The notes beneath the pieces were generated by a model, which was not told the origin of the DNA, made no database searches, and saw nothing but the letters and a program-made list of their open reading frames with translations. Positions 39,201 to 53,526 of a stretch of 64,000 bases of DNA are shown in pieces. Numbering within the stretch: the first letter of the stretch is position 1; each line of letters starts with the position of its first letter. This DNA is from Eledone cirrhosa (taxonomy: Eukaryota): NCBI GenBank assembly GCA_964016885.1, contig OZ024753.1:992001-1056000 (forward strand), read 5' to 3'. The position numbers and the translations under genes are program-made.

Positions 39201-42200
39201 CAACCATTTTACAGAGTGTATTAGGTGCATTTTATTAAGAGATACTTGCCCAGTGTGTGACAAGACTGGTTCTTTGAAATACAAATACAACTCATTTGTT
39301 CCAATTGGGTAGACTGGAGCAATGTGAAATAAAGTGTTTTGCTCAGTCAAAACAAACCTCAAAACAAATGTTTGCGTAGTGAATTTCTGTACCATACGAC
39401 TACACCTGTGACCTCAATTGTTAATATTATTATGCTATTATTATTAACCATTAATTTACCATTTTAAATGTTAGGGTTTACTGATTACTGATAAGTATAT
39501 CATTTAAGTTGCAAATGTAAAATTATTACCAATTGTCATAATTAGACCAATAAGGTCTGTGTTTTAGAGGAAACTGAAGTTCATGTGTTTGGTCCCACCT
39601 TATAGTTGTCCAATGAATCACACACACTTTCTCCCTACCTATATCACACTTTCTCCCTACCTACGTCACACATTCTCCCTACCTACGTCACACATTCTCT
39701 CTCCCTGTCACACTTTCTCCATACCTATGTCACACTATCTCCTCATTTAAGACATAGTTTTAAACTCTTTCTTCAGTAATATTCCAAACATCAGTTTAAT
39801 AATGAAATAACAAGAAAAGAATTCCAGTGAAAATTTTGATTATTTTCAAAATTAATCTAAACCCATTTTAATGACAAAGGGGTTTAAGTTGAAAGTGGAC
39901 AAATATTTTAGAGTCATGGGGGGGGGGGGGGGGGGTAATTGCCTGTTTGCTAGTGAAGTTTCATAAACTACATCTATTTTTGCTATAAATTTCTGTCTGA
40001 ATCATCTAGCAGGTCAGGCTACATGGTATTTAATTACAACAGCTTGGGACATTCCCCCCCCCCCCCCTTTCTCTATTCCCCCAATTCACTCTCTTTCTCT
40101 CTCTTGTACTCTGAACATTTCCCTTGATACTGTCACATAAGCAGCGCTAGGATTTGGTAATGTCAACAAGTAGGCTGTTGCATTAATCTGTTGTTTGCTA
40201 TTGCAGTTGTTGAAGTATCTCACACATCTACAGATCTAAATTTTGACTCTGCTCCATCGATGCAAACATAAATCCACTCATTTATCATTTAATTTTGTTG
40301 ATTCAGATCCAGCAACATGAAACTGATTTCTAATATAGGCACAAGGTCAGCAAGGGTTAAGTCTATTATATTGTTTCTACTTTTTGGCACAAGGCCAGCA
40401 ATTATCCCAGTGCATTACTGGTGTTTTATTTTATCGATCCCGTAAGTATGAAAGGTAAAGTTAACCTCCGTGGGATTTGAACTCAGAACATAAAGGCTCA
40501 TAACTCTATGCTGCAAAGTATGGTGTCTGATGCTCTACCGACACTGCCAATCCACCACCCTTAACCCTTTAATGTTCAAACCGGCCAAAACCGGCCAAAA
40601 TTCTCTACCCCTTTCTGTTGAAACTGGCTGTAACTGGTCACTAAACTGATGTTAAGGTATTGTTCTCAAAATAAATACTTTCAAAATCTCATAGATTCGA
40701 TATTGTGTGAGATAATTATGTGAGGGAAAGAATTTACCATGAAAATACAATAGTATATATAGAGTAATGTGAATGCTAAAGGGTTAAGTCTATTATATTT
40801 ATCCCAGGACTTGACGGGTACTTTATTTTATTGACCCTGAAAAGAAGAAATGCAAAGTTGACTGTGACAGGATTTGAACTCAGAAAGTAAAGAGCTGGAA
40901 GCAAATACCACAAATTATTTTGTCTAGCACCGTTCTACCAATCTACCACCTTAGTAACATGAAATAATTGTTTCTACTTTAGGCACAAGGCCAGCAATTT
41001 GAAGGGTAGGGGAAAGTTGATTAAATCGACCCCAGTGCATTACTGGCTGGTGCTTTATTTTATCAATCCTGTAAGGATGAAAGGCAAAGCTAACCTCGGT
41101 GAGATTTGAACTCAGAACGTAAAAGGTCATAACTCTATGCTACGAAGCATGGTGTCCGACGCTCTACTGATTCTGCCAATAATAAGAGTAGTTCTTGCAG
41201 GTGATTGGTTGACTAGTTTCCTATCCTGTTCTTAGATTGATCTACTGTCACAGAAAATGGTACCCATCTTGATCATTCCATATAATGGTATTGGAGTGAG
41301 TCAGAGATCTTGTGAGTTTCAGAAATTCTCTCCAAATGTCCACTCTGTTGCAGATCGATGTCATCATTTGTGCTGTTCATACAATGATTCTGATTGAAAT
41401 TTCATCAGTGACAGATGCTTTGTATGTCCATTCAGGTTCTGCAGCTGTTGTCTTCCATATGCTCCAGTGCATTTTTGAAGGCATCAACTGGAGTGACTTT
41501 GTCACCAACATTGAAGTTCTTGAATAGATAGAGGATGCAGCCTGTGTTTTGCAGGGCATATTTCTCAGATGGAAAATGGTAACATGATGATAGGACAGGG
41601 ATCCCGATCAGTAAAACATTAATGAAACTTGATAGAAATGCTACTTTTCAGATGTGTCAAAGACAAGACAACCTTCCTAGTGCTGGTGTTATGATAAAAT
41701 GCACCCAGTGCACTCTCTTGAGTTTGGGAATGAATGTACGAGAGATGCAAACTCTCAGCTTCTTTCAGTGGTCTGTAGCTCCGCCGATTATTTACTGACT
41801 TGGTCTGTGACAACCCTCCAACCCTTGCTAATAGGGGAAAACAGATGTTAAATTATATTGATGATGATGATGATGGGTATGATTTCTAACCATATTTCCA
41901 ATCTGATTTTCTTGTCTTCATGTCTGCCAGCTTAGTGAAATTCGCTGTGTATTGTTCCAAAAATTGAGATATTAATCTTTAGATGCATGTTTGCACACCA
42001 CCCTCTCCATTACCATGGCTACCACCACCACCACCATCTTTCTTTCTTTCCTTTTGTTATTTTCTCTTTGATTTTACTTTCTTCCATCTATCTTCCTCCT
42101 CTTTCTCTCTATTTTGATGACCTTTGTTGGCAAATATTCTCCAAACACCTATTGTTAACTTTCTTTATATATCTTTCTTGCTGTGGTTGTTATTGTTGTT

Positions 42201-42570
42201 GTTACTCTAGTTGTATTTGTTATTATTGTTGTTGTTACTCTAGTTGTATTTGTTATTATTGTTGTTATATATTTTTTACTCTTCTCTTATTTTTGGATTG
42301 ACATCAAATCCTTCAAATTCAGTACTTAACAATAAAAGTAGTAGATATAAATATCACAGGTTTTTTTTAATCAATATTGTAATATAACAGCTTTGTAGAC
42401 AGATCAAAACCTGACCATTCCCCTCTCTTCCCCTATCCACAACCAACATCTGCTTTCTTCATTAAATACTTGGCTTATATTTTCTTGTAAGACTCACCTC
42501 TGCTCCCCTGAACCAACTGGTTGTGTACCATCTCTTGAATCCCACTCAACCTGCCTCTATTCCTCTCAAC

Positions 42571-42805
42571 ACTTTCACTGTCTCACCTCCTCCCATCACT
42601 TTCACTGTCTCACCTCCTCCCATCACTCTTACTATCTCACCTCCTCCCACCACTTTCACTGTCTCACCTCCTCCCATCACTTTCACTGTCTCACCTCCTC
42701 CCATCACTCTTACTATCTCACCTCCTCCCACCACTTTCACTGTCTCACCTCCTCCCACCACTTTCACTGTCTCACCTCCTCCCATCACTTTCACTGTGTC
42801 ACCTG
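42571..42805. repeat. 27-bp minisatellite, ~8-9 copies
   Basis: Unit actttcactgtctcacctcctcccatc. Explains the spurious TFTVSPPP/GGGETVKV ORFs. Confidence 0.95.
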
Positions 42806-43687
42806 CTCTGTCCAGAAGCAGAAAGCTATTGTAATAATTAATGCTAGAATAAGTAGAATAAAGTGACCAGATACAGGATAATTGTTTAAATGTCTCTCTT
42901 TGCACTCCCTAGTTCTCTCTATCGATTTTGTTTATTTTGAAACTCAGTGCTACTTTCTTAGAGAATCCAACATTTACATTCTCAGTTCAAATGCCACTGT
43001 TGTTTACTTGGATGGTAGACTTAATCTGTAACCTAGTTTAACACCACCATCTGGGCCTTGGCTACTTTTAGCAGAGGTCTCACTGTTGCATGCATTTGGA
43101 CCACACTTGTAAGTTAAGGATACCTTTCTCAATCCCTCTAACCAAAAAGGACATGGGAACTGCTCTCCCCTCCCTGACTAAACAGTGAAAAAATAATAAC
43201 TACCCTAAATTACTGAAAAACTGAAGGATTGATATTTATGAGGAACTTGACCAAAGAACAAAGAATCAACGTCTCCCCCACTTATGTTCTTACTAGTCCT
43301 TATTTTATTAAATTCTGAGGGGCAGGGGTGGGAGGTTTAAAATAAAATAAAGTCCTGTAGGAATTGAACTCAGACTACAGGCTGAAAATAAAAAGGGTTT
43401 GTCCAAGTGGCTGCCAACTCTGCTAGAAATAGCAGCCATATCTCTCAACCATTCTCTTCCTCCTCCTCCACAATATAATGTAGTTCAGTGTATACTATGT
43501 CTGAAAATAAAAAGATGGAATGGTCATGGTTAGAATGCTTTGATCAAAGGTAAACAACAAAAATGTAGCTTAAATAGTCATCCAGGTGTTCCACTTTGTC
43601 TAGCAATTTGTCACTTCTTCACTTATAATTAACGAGTGTGCATACATATAGAAAGTCTAATTAACAGTCATGTTTCTGTCTTATCTA

Positions 43688-43955
43688 CTAGCTGAGGGAC
43701 CTAGCTTCACCCAGATGATAAGAGAAGACAGGATTGGATGTGTTGTCTGCTTTATAGTATGAAGCGAGACTACAGTGTGTGACGAAAAAAAAAAGTCAAA
43801 TATCTTCCATAGTATATGAAGATTTCTAGATGTCCTGCTCATGAACAACATACATATAACTGTCCATGGGTAAAAACAGATTCTCTCATATTCAATCCTA
43901 CAACTTTGAGACTGACCCTGAACTTTATTTATGGTCATAGCAAAATTCTGAAGTT
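43688..43955 (-). mobile_element. Helitron 3' remnant (PIF1-type helicase C-terminus plus CTAG end)
   Basis: FAMTINKVQGQS and frameshifted VFTHGQLYV (Helitron FAMTINKSQGQS/FSHGQLYVA). Terminus gggtgaagctaggtccctcagCTAG|T. Confidence 0.75.
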
Positions 43956-44015
43956 TTGAGAATTTGATTGACAGCTCAGTAGAGGAAGAGATAAAAGGAA
44001 TCTTGGGAATAAATG

Positions 44016-44620
44016 AATTTAAATTAAAGTTGTACAAGATACTAAGACCCAATTTAAATTAAAGTTGTACAAGATACTAAGACCCAATTTAAATTAAAGT
44101 TGTGCAAGATACTAAGACCCAATTTAAATTAAAGTTGTACAAGATACTAAGACCCAATTTAAATTAAAGTTGTACTAGATACTAAGACCCAATTTAAATT
44201 AAAGTTGTACAAGATACTAAGACCCAATTTAAATTAAAGTTGTACAAGATACTAAGACTCAATTTAAATTAAAGTTGTACTAGATACTAAGACCCAATTT
44301 AAATTAAAGTTGTGCAAGATACTAAGACCCAATTTAAATTAAAGTTGTACAAGATACTAAGACTCAATTTAAATTAAAGTTGTACAAGATACTAAGACTC
44401 AATTTAAATTAAAGTTGTACAAGATACTAAGACCCAATTTAAATTAAAGTTGTACAAGATACTAAGACTCAATTTAAATTAAAGTTGTACTAGATACTAA
44501 GACCCAATTTAAATTAAAGTTGTGCAAGATACTAAGACCCAATTTAAATTAAAGTTGTACAAGATACTAAGACTCAATTTAAATTAAAGTTGTACTAGAT
44601 ACTAAGACCCAATTTAAATT
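44016..44620. repeat. 35-bp minisatellite, ~17 copies
   Basis: Unit aatttaaattaaagttgtacaagatactaagaccc with three recurring single-base variants. Confidence 0.97.
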
Positions 44621-44802
44621 TAGATTAGGCAAACTTAAGTGATAAACTCTATTCAACAAGGCTGTTGATCAGAGTGGTGGTGGTGCTGCTGGTGATGGTA
44701 ATGGTAGCTGTAGTAAAAAGATTTTACTCTCAGTGTCCTATCCCTCCTATAGATTTAAATAAATTTGCATAAGGAAGGCCTTCTTATTTCAGCTTCTACT
44801 AC

Positions 44803-44840
<38 letters not shown>

Positions 44841-45814
44841 ATGGTGGTGATGGTGGTGGTGATGGTGGTGGTGGTGGTGGTGGTGGTGGTGGTGGTAGTA
44901 GTAGTAGTAGTAACAGCAACAGCAGGAATTGTTTAGAAATTGTATCATCATCATTACTCTGTTTATTTTCTAAGTTGGCAATGGCTGGGGTAGTGTGGTT
45001 TGAGTGGTTGAGCTTGATACACTGAATCTTTTTACATGTCTCAGTCTTGTATAAGCTATCCCTTATTCCCCTGCATATATCTATATATCTGCAGCCCTCA
45101 CAGTCTTCTTATTCATTTAAGTAGCTTTACACTCCTCCCTACTGCACCACTTTTGCTGATTCACTCCACCCTAATCTGTTGTGTATATGTATGTGTGCAT
45201 GTATATGTATGTGTGTGTATGTATATGTGTGCATGTGTGTATATATATATATATGTATTTGATAGTGTGTAGTAAATAGATAATTGTCTACAATATTTAA
45301 AAGAAAAAAAACACTTCAATCTTGTTTGTTTCATCTTTTGTAATTTGTTTGTATTTTTTACTTTATTACATTTCTTAAAAAGTGCCCCCCCCCCCTTTCT
45401 CCCTTCCTCCTCCTATCCCTTATCACCCATTTTAAAAACAAATTCCATGTTGTCAGAAATTAAATGTCTGCCCTGCAATACAACACAATATATCATCCAC
45501 CTTCCATGACTCTGGGAGCAACTACCCCATCACATTGGTGAAATGTTTAAATATCTATCTTGAGCCATACAAATATTTGTAAAATAAATCAAGTTCATGT
45601 ATTACGAGAACATAAGTGTTCTGGCATTTAGGGCAAGGGCTCTTTTGGTAATTGTCTTAGCCTTTCATCATCTCCTTTCCCTTTGGAGACCAATAAATAA
45701 GTTACCTAACTGATGATACTTTTGCCAAAGTTGATCAGTTTTAATCCAAATAAATTGTCATCATTGTTTTTGTTACCATCATCATAATCAGTTATTGTAA
45801 TTGTTTCAATTTCA

Positions 45815-46345
45815 ACACACAGTCTCAGATCAAGTCACTTGCCAGACAAGTACAACTATGACTAAAATGACTCTTGCATGTTGTAATTGCTTTATTTTAG
45901 CACAGGGTCTCAGATCAAGTCACTTGCCAGACAAGTACAACTGTGGCTAAAATGACTCTTGCATGTTGTAATTGCTTTATTTTAGCACAGGGTCTCAGAT
46001 CAAGTCACTTGCCAGACAAGTACAACTGTGGCTAAAATGACTCTTCCATGTTGTAATTGCTTTATTTTAGCACAAGGTCTCAGATCAAGTCACTTGACAG
46101 ACAAGTACAACTATGGCTAAAATGACTCTTCCATGTTGTAATTGCTTTATTTTAGCACAGGGTCTCAGATCAAGTCACTTGCCAGACAAGTACAACTATG
46201 GCTAAAATGACTCTTCCATGTTGTAATTGCTTTATTTTAGCACAGGGTCTCAGATCAAGTCACTTGCCAGACAAGTACAACTATGGCTAAAATGACTCTT
46301 CCATGTGATTGTTTTAGTTTCAACACACAGTCCCAGATCAAGTCA
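45815..46345. repeat. 85-bp minisatellite, ~6 copies
   Basis: Unit starts at 45901, 45986, 46071, 46156, 46241, with degenerate end copies. Confidence 0.95.
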
Positions 46346-49300
46346 CAATGTTCAAAGTTAATGCTATGTGAGACTGTCCTTTCAATGCTGATAAATCAGT
46401 AATTTACTGGAATATATCTTTTGTCAGGGAAAATAATGTCATGTTTATTATGTGCCTTCTGCTTGTCTTTCTCTATACTAAAGTTCCATAATAGTTTTGA
46501 AGCTGATCATTGAAACCTATCAAAATTTGAGTTACAATATATTGTCAAGGATCTGACAACTATAAACATTTCATGACTGTATTTCTAATGAAATACACTC
46601 AATTTCAATTAATTAATGAAGAATTTTAAGGGATTTATTAAAATTATTAATTATTTCATTTCTAAGATAGTAAGGTTCTTATATATAATTAACGTTGAAA
46701 GATTTTAATTTAAACTGGAAACCTTTAAAATGGGTGGTAAAATCTCTTTTTTATGCTTTTTTCGATTCCTTTGGCCTTCCCTTATTTAAATCCCTCTGTC
46801 TAACTTGTTTTTGTTTCTTAATAGGCTAGGGTATATATATATCATCATCATCATCGTTTAACGTCCATCTTTCATCTTTCACACTAGCATGGGTTAGATG
46901 GTTATTTGATGCAGGAATGGTCGGGAGACTGTGTCTCGCTTGTAATATGAAATAATGCTATAAGGAATTTTATTGTTTCCATCTATAATACATATTTTTC
47001 TTTGAAATATGTGTTTTGTGTATATGCAATACATTGTATACTCTCATGGGATATATGGTTCTCTTTCTCTCAATATACATAAATCTTTTAATTTGAAATA
47101 TATTTATTAGTTTATAGGGTCATTTCAAATTGATGCAGATGTTTCATATTTGATATCATATTAAAGGACCTACATTACTTCTGCCTATGTAGAGAATGAT
47201 CGAGAGAAGGAAACATGAGCTGTTGTTTTCAAGGAGTTCAGATGGCTCTAAAGTTTCAGTTGTTAATCTCTTCTGAACTTATTTAGTGCTATATGCTTTA
47301 AATAAATATCTGCAATCATATTTACAACTGTTATCTCTATAAGGGACTGTGTTTTTGATATCAGCGTAAATCCTTTAAGACATAGTTATCTTAGAGATAT
47401 TTCAAAAATGCATAGAGATATAGATGAATTATTAAAACCACACCCTGAAATCACCAAGGACTCCAAACAACCAAAATTTAAAGAAAAGTTGCATTAAATA
47501 GTTTTATAGATTGTGGAAAATGTTTTAAAATGTGATGAACATATAAATATTAATGTCATTCATTCAGCACATTTGCAGTTGCACAAACATGTGCATCTAA
47601 AATGTTTACATGTATATATGCATGTATAAGCTTGTGCATATTTATATATATATAAACATATAATATTGTGCATTTATTATACATTTGTATTTGTAAATAC
47701 ACATACAAGGAGTGACTTGTATGTGTGTCACCCCAACCCATGTAGGATACTCTTGCAGAAGGCCAGAATCATGTCCCCTTCAACAAACAGTGTAACATAC
47801 CCGCAATAGTCTATGAGGCTGAAGTTGCATCTATCTACTCGACTTAACCAACAGCAGGAGTTGTGGGAATGGCAGAGGGCCGGGTGAAATGCGCATACTC
47901 CAGTATGGCCTGCTAATTTGCTGTGAAACTAACTCTATTCAGAACTCATTCTATGGACTGAGTACTTTACTTACTATGGATGTAACCTCCCGTGTTTTTA
48001 CCACCATATATATGTGTGTGTGTGTGTTTCTATAAATATTTAAATATGTACACAAAGATTTTAAAGAGAGTCAACACCTTGAATATTGAGGCAATGGTAC
48101 ACAAGCATTGTCAACATTGCACCAGACACTTTATGTGAATGAATCATCAGAGAATCCTGAAGCAAGTCCTGTTTTATTTCTGGTTTTGTGTATGAATGTA
48201 AGAAATGATATAAATTATGATGATGATGATAGATGCACACATACCAATGCTTGATATTAAATATAAGTTCATTATGTTAGTAGGTGATGGTAAAGCCAGG
48301 GCAACATTTATGTGATCCATGTAAATTCCTAAATTCCATGACAGTTTTACCCTACATTCATATATGTAAAAGCTGTGTTTCCCTTGTGAATTGTGCGTTT
48401 CTCTAAAAATATTTGTCCCCACTATCAAAGGTCAGGTTATCAGTTTCTCATCTCTTACAAATAATTTACATTCTCATCATTTTAACCTTCCTTCTCATTT
48501 CTCTCTGTTAGCAACACTGTCAAAACTGTTATTTGATAGCCCATAGCCCTCTATTGTTTTAGTTTCATCATACATAATCACTCTATTTTGCTTTGTTTGT
48601 GTGTGGTTTTCCTTCGGTATATATATATGTGTGTGTGTGTGTGGTTTTCTTTCTCTGTGTGTGTGGTTTTCTTTCTGTGTGTGTGTGTGTGTATATACAA
48701 GGGATTATTTTCATATTTTTCTGTTTCACAGATTTTAAATTTTAATGGAAAATTATTTTTCCTTGTCGCATTCAGTCCTCTTTAACTTCTTTTCTGTGCA
48801 TATGTAATGTGTGTATCTCAATGATTATGTATGTTTGTATATGTTTGTGTATGTATGTGTGTATATATATATATGTGTGTATATATATATATATATATCA
48901 AACCCATGAAAGCATGGAAGATGGACGTTAAACGATGATGATGATGATGATGATATATATATATATGTATATATATGTGTGTGTGTGTATGTATGTATAT
49001 ATGTATATATATGTGTGTGTGTGTATCATCATCACCGTTTTACGTCCGTTGTGTATGTATGTATATATGTATATATATGTGTGTGTGTGTATGTATGTAT
49101 ATATGTATATATATGTGTGTGTATGTAGGCATATATATATATATGTGCGTGTATGTATGCATGTATGTGTATGTATGCATACACACTGGCACAAATCCTG
49201 GATTTCCCGGATCTATTAATATTAGGTTTCTCAAATACCCTTCTTTTCATATTAGAGCATTATTTCTTGTCTGTTAAAGCTCATATGTGGTTCAGTAAGA

Positions 49301-51232
49301 CTGAGGGTGGAGGTGCTCTCATCTGCAAACATTGAAGGATGGGATGTGGGTATAGTATCTCTGCTTTAAATTAACTTTATCTAAACCAATATAGCATCTT
49401 CTGTCTACTGTTTGGTTTGACGAGGCTGAGGTGACCTCTGCCTTGTATGACTGACCTGATATTATGTACCTGTCCTAATGGGCATTCATTCTTCTTAGGC
49501 CTTGTAACAATGATGATAGCAATGACAATGAATTGGGAAGAAAATAAAGGCCTCCCTCCACACACACAATGCTTAATTAAATTGTTGTTTAACATACCAA
49601 TTATGGTGATTTAGGTGTTGACTGGGTGTTAAATTAATAATTTAAAATGGTTTCCAGATTGAGAATTTGTGTGTGTGTGCATGTAAATTACATGTATGCA
49701 CTTGTATATGTTTATGTGTAAACCTTTGTACAGATGCAGTTGTGTGTATTCATATGTACGAATGTGTATGCTGTTGCATGTGCCTGTGCACCTACGTACT
49801 TGTGTGTGTGTGTGTGTGATAGGGAGGAGAAAGAGGTGGAAGATTAAAATGAGAAGAGTGAGTGAAAGGAGATAAGTGTGGGGAATAGTGAAAGTGGAAA
49901 TAAGGAAAGGGTATATTTACAGAGAGAGTGGTGTGAAGGAGGAAGAGGAGCAATAAGAATGAAAAGGGAATAGCATGTGTGTCTATATAGTGAGGGTTGG
50001 GTAGAGGGGTGGGGGAATGACCTAGAGAAAGAGAATAAATGAAATAAAGAAAAACAGAACAGAGAGAGAGAGAGAGAGTGAGAGCAAGGCACAGCAATTC
50101 TAATTTATTTATGAATATGTTTTTGGGTGGTGGGTAGGTGGTATGCAGAGGGGAAGAGGAGGATAGTGAAAACAGAGGGACAGAGTAAAGAAATTATGAG
50201 AGGGGAAGTGGGAGAAATGAGAAAGAGAGAAAAATAGAAGAAAAAAAGATTTGTTATGGCATGAGAGGGGGTGGTGTTATTCTTTTCTCGATATTCCATC
50301 ATTATTGAAATTTTCCAAGTTTCATCATCTACCCCACTTCCACCAACATCACCAGCATCATTCCTACTAGCCCACCACCACCACCACAACCACCAATTTT
50401 GATAAGCACTTATTAAATCTGTGAGATGTAGTATAAATACCCAAGAAGTGTAGCTCATCTTCTTGCTGGACTCTTGTTTAGTAGAAAAATAATGACTTCT
50501 ACTCTAGGCACAAGACCAGGAATTTGGTTGGAAGGTAAAGTCGATAGGGATATTTTACCTGATTTTCTAAGCTGTGTTCACAGCTCTTCTCCTGACAAAC
50601 ACACTGAGACAACATAGGGTTAAGAGAACCCTCCAGTCTTGCTCAGCACATGACAACATCTCTAGTGTTAGTGCTACAATAAAATACACCCACTATATAG
50701 TGTAAACTGGTTGGCTTTAGGAAGGACATCCAACTGTAGAAGTTATGCCAAGACATGGAACATCTGAGCAAGATATTGTTATCTGACATATCTTGTCTTG
50801 GACATTGACTGCCTGTCCAATCAATGCCAGAAAATGGACATAAAATGATACTATTATGTATTTCTTTCTTGTGCCTAAAGTAGAAACAATTGTGTATTTC
50901 TTTATCTTTCACATACAGCTTTATAAATCTCTTTCTATCCTTGTCCAGTGTTATGAAATATATTTAACTCTACTTACTGAAATACTATTTTATTTAGAAT
51001 GTCAATACCTTGTTCCTATAAATAAGTATGTAATATATATTCATTCATATATATATAAGTATTATATTGTCAATCAAGTTCTACCTCAGAATACTTGTGT
51101 CTATTATGAATGAATTCCTAATATTTATCATTACTCAGTTTACCAGTGTATGTGTCTATATATTTATTTATTTCCTCTTTTATCTATTTCCATCTCTCCA
51201 TGGTAACCAGTAATTCTGTTGCTCAATGAAGG

Positions 51233-51266
51233 ATGGAATCTGACAGGTCATCCCGTGGCATATATG
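51233..51266 (+). CDS. UBAP1: UBAP1-like first coding exon (MESDRSSRGIY-G)
   Basis: Acceptor ccag at 51207-51210, ATG at 51233, phase-1 gtcagt donor that joins in frame to 52204. Confidence 0.65.
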
Positions 51267-52203
51267 GTCAGTGTTGTTAATTTTACTATCTTTTTCTTTT
51301 TGTTTGCTCTCTGTTGATAATTTACATCTTAAACTGTGGCTGTGTGGTCAACAAATTCGTTTCTCTTACTCGTGGCTCAAGATTCAGTCTGAGGGAACTT
51401 CTTTGTAGCCAGTAGAGGTATCACCCTGAACTTTTTTCCAACTGGTTCTCACTTTGGTTACTGTACTTTTGGAATATACATCTCCACTGCTGATTAGGCC
51501 ACCTAAGTAGCAGAGGCTGTCATTTACTTCTTGGGAGCCATCTAAGTATATGTTTCATGTGTGCTGTTGCTACCTACTGTTCCAGTGCATCTACCACATC
51601 TATACAAAGTCAACAGATTATTCTGCTCAAGATCCTGCTACATCTCTTGTGTAACCAAAGTTTACATTTTGTGAGAAAACTTTCCAGTCCTAGCTGCCTC
51701 AGTTGACTGGATTGAGAAACATGTAGGAATCTTTAAAGCAGTTATGTATCGTACAGCTAAGGACAGTTTAATATCAAAATGATTAAATTAGGAGGAGGAT
51801 TTTTAATGAAAGGAAAATAAAGATGGAAATAAAATGAAGATGAAAAAATTTAGGGTTGATCTGTTGTAAATTAAACTTAACCCTTTAACATTTAAACCAG
51901 CTGGAGCCAGCCAGAATTCTCTCACTTCTTTCTGTTCAAACCAGCCATAACTGGCTGCTCATACTGATGTTAAGGTATTGTTCTCAAAATAAATAATATC
52001 AAAATCTCATAGATTCGATATTATGTGAGATAATTATGAGGTAAATTGTTTACCATGAAATTACAATAGTATATATATAGAGTAATATAAATGCTAAATG
52101 GTTAATGAATTAAACTTATTTCTGAGAATAAGGATTTTGAAAAAATTAACAAAATATGCTTGTATTTATTTATTCATTTATTTATTTAATTTTTCTTTTT
52201 CAG

Positions 52204-52277
52204 GTTTAGCTTCAGCTAACTCTGCCCTTGATGGCATTCCTTTTAGAATTGGCACCACTTTTAAAGTGCCAAACAAG
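52204..52277 (+). CDS. UBAP1: UBAP1-like exon, start of UMA domain (GLASANSALDGIPFRIGTTFKVPNK)
   Basis: ttttcag/gtatat splice sites. LDGIPFRIGTTFKVP resembles the UBAP1 UMA sequence LDDVPFKTGDKFKTP. Confidence 0.85.
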
Positions 52278-53469
52278 GTATATATGTTGCTCCTCTGTCT
52301 TAATATTTTACTTGACATTATAAAGAAAAGAATTATTTTTAACAAAACTAAATACAAAATGTAAACAAGATTGGTTGACTTATGAAGCATTGGGAAAATT
52401 GAAAATATAGTGGCTTCATTGCAGATATCTATAATTATAGTTGCTAACTAGTTAACTAGATCAAGTAAAATACTCCTTGAAATGAAAAAAAAAAGAAAGA
52501 AAAGGGTCGGCTGGTTTCTGTCTCCAAGGGTTACTTGATTTATATATTTATTATTTATAGTTATTAACTATTATTATATTTATCTGCATTGAGGCAACTA
52601 TACTTTCAGATTTAATACAAAATGCTACATATGTGTATTTTGTTGTTGTTGTTGTTGTTGTTGTTGTATAGCCTCAGGTCAGCTTTTATGAAGCATATCT
52701 ATGTTCAAAGTTATTCCATCTGTGACCATCTTATTTTCAGACATTGTTATATTTAAGAATTACATTATCCGAGGTGAGGTGTAATTTGAGGGAGATCTGG
52801 CTGCTATTTTTAGCAGGTTGAATGACCTCATCAGAGATCCATGGTGATTGTCAGGCTTAGCATTTAAAGTAATATATGAGGGATCTAATCATGTGCTATT
52901 CCTGCTTAAGGAGGATGAGGCACTATGATGTTTTCTTGAGATGAGCATTACTTGTGTTTTTTTTGCTGTTGAAAAATATGAAGTCAGCATGACCCCAATG
53001 AGAGTGAGGCCTCCCCAAGTCCCCATTCAGTTGAACTGGGGTGACTGCAAGAAACAGGTTTTGTAGTCATCCAAGGGCAGAGCTAGTTAGCGCATCTCAA
53101 AAATCCTGGCCAGTCCTCCTTCCTATTGAGACCATCCAGCTCCCAAAATACGGTTCCGCCATGAGCAGGGTACGACATGGCCAACTGACCAGACCTTCCT
53201 TGTAACAGGACCATCTAGTTCCAACTAAAAAAAACAGCAAAAATACAGTTCCAGCTAAATGGCTAGACTTGCCTCATAGCATGGATGACCTGTCTAACCC
53301 CTGCTAGCATAGAAAAACAGACATTAAACGATGATGATATTGATATTAATATGTTAGTATGTTGCTTTAGTAGTAATTTTTATATGATAGTATGTTGCTG
53401 TGGTTATGTTTTTATATGTTATGATATGAGTATGTTAACTCTTTTTTTCCTTTCCCTCCTCCTTGCCAG

Positions 53470-53526
53470 GTTTCTATTCCTAAGGAACTCCTTCGCCGAC
53501 GAAATCGTAGTGCTCTTGCCGATGAG
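53470..53526 (+). CDS. UBAP1: UBAP1-like exon (VSIPKELLRRRNRSALADE)
   Basis: Pyrimidine tract and ccag acceptor, gttagt donor, 57 nt, phase 0-0, open and in frame. Confidence 0.8.

Noticed and set aside
42523-42905. Pro-rich and Gly-rich repeat proteins
   Set aside because: 27-bp minisatellite open on both strands, with no splice or domain support.
44765-45025. Ser/Gly-rich ORF
   Set aside because: (TAG)n/(TGG)n microsatellite.
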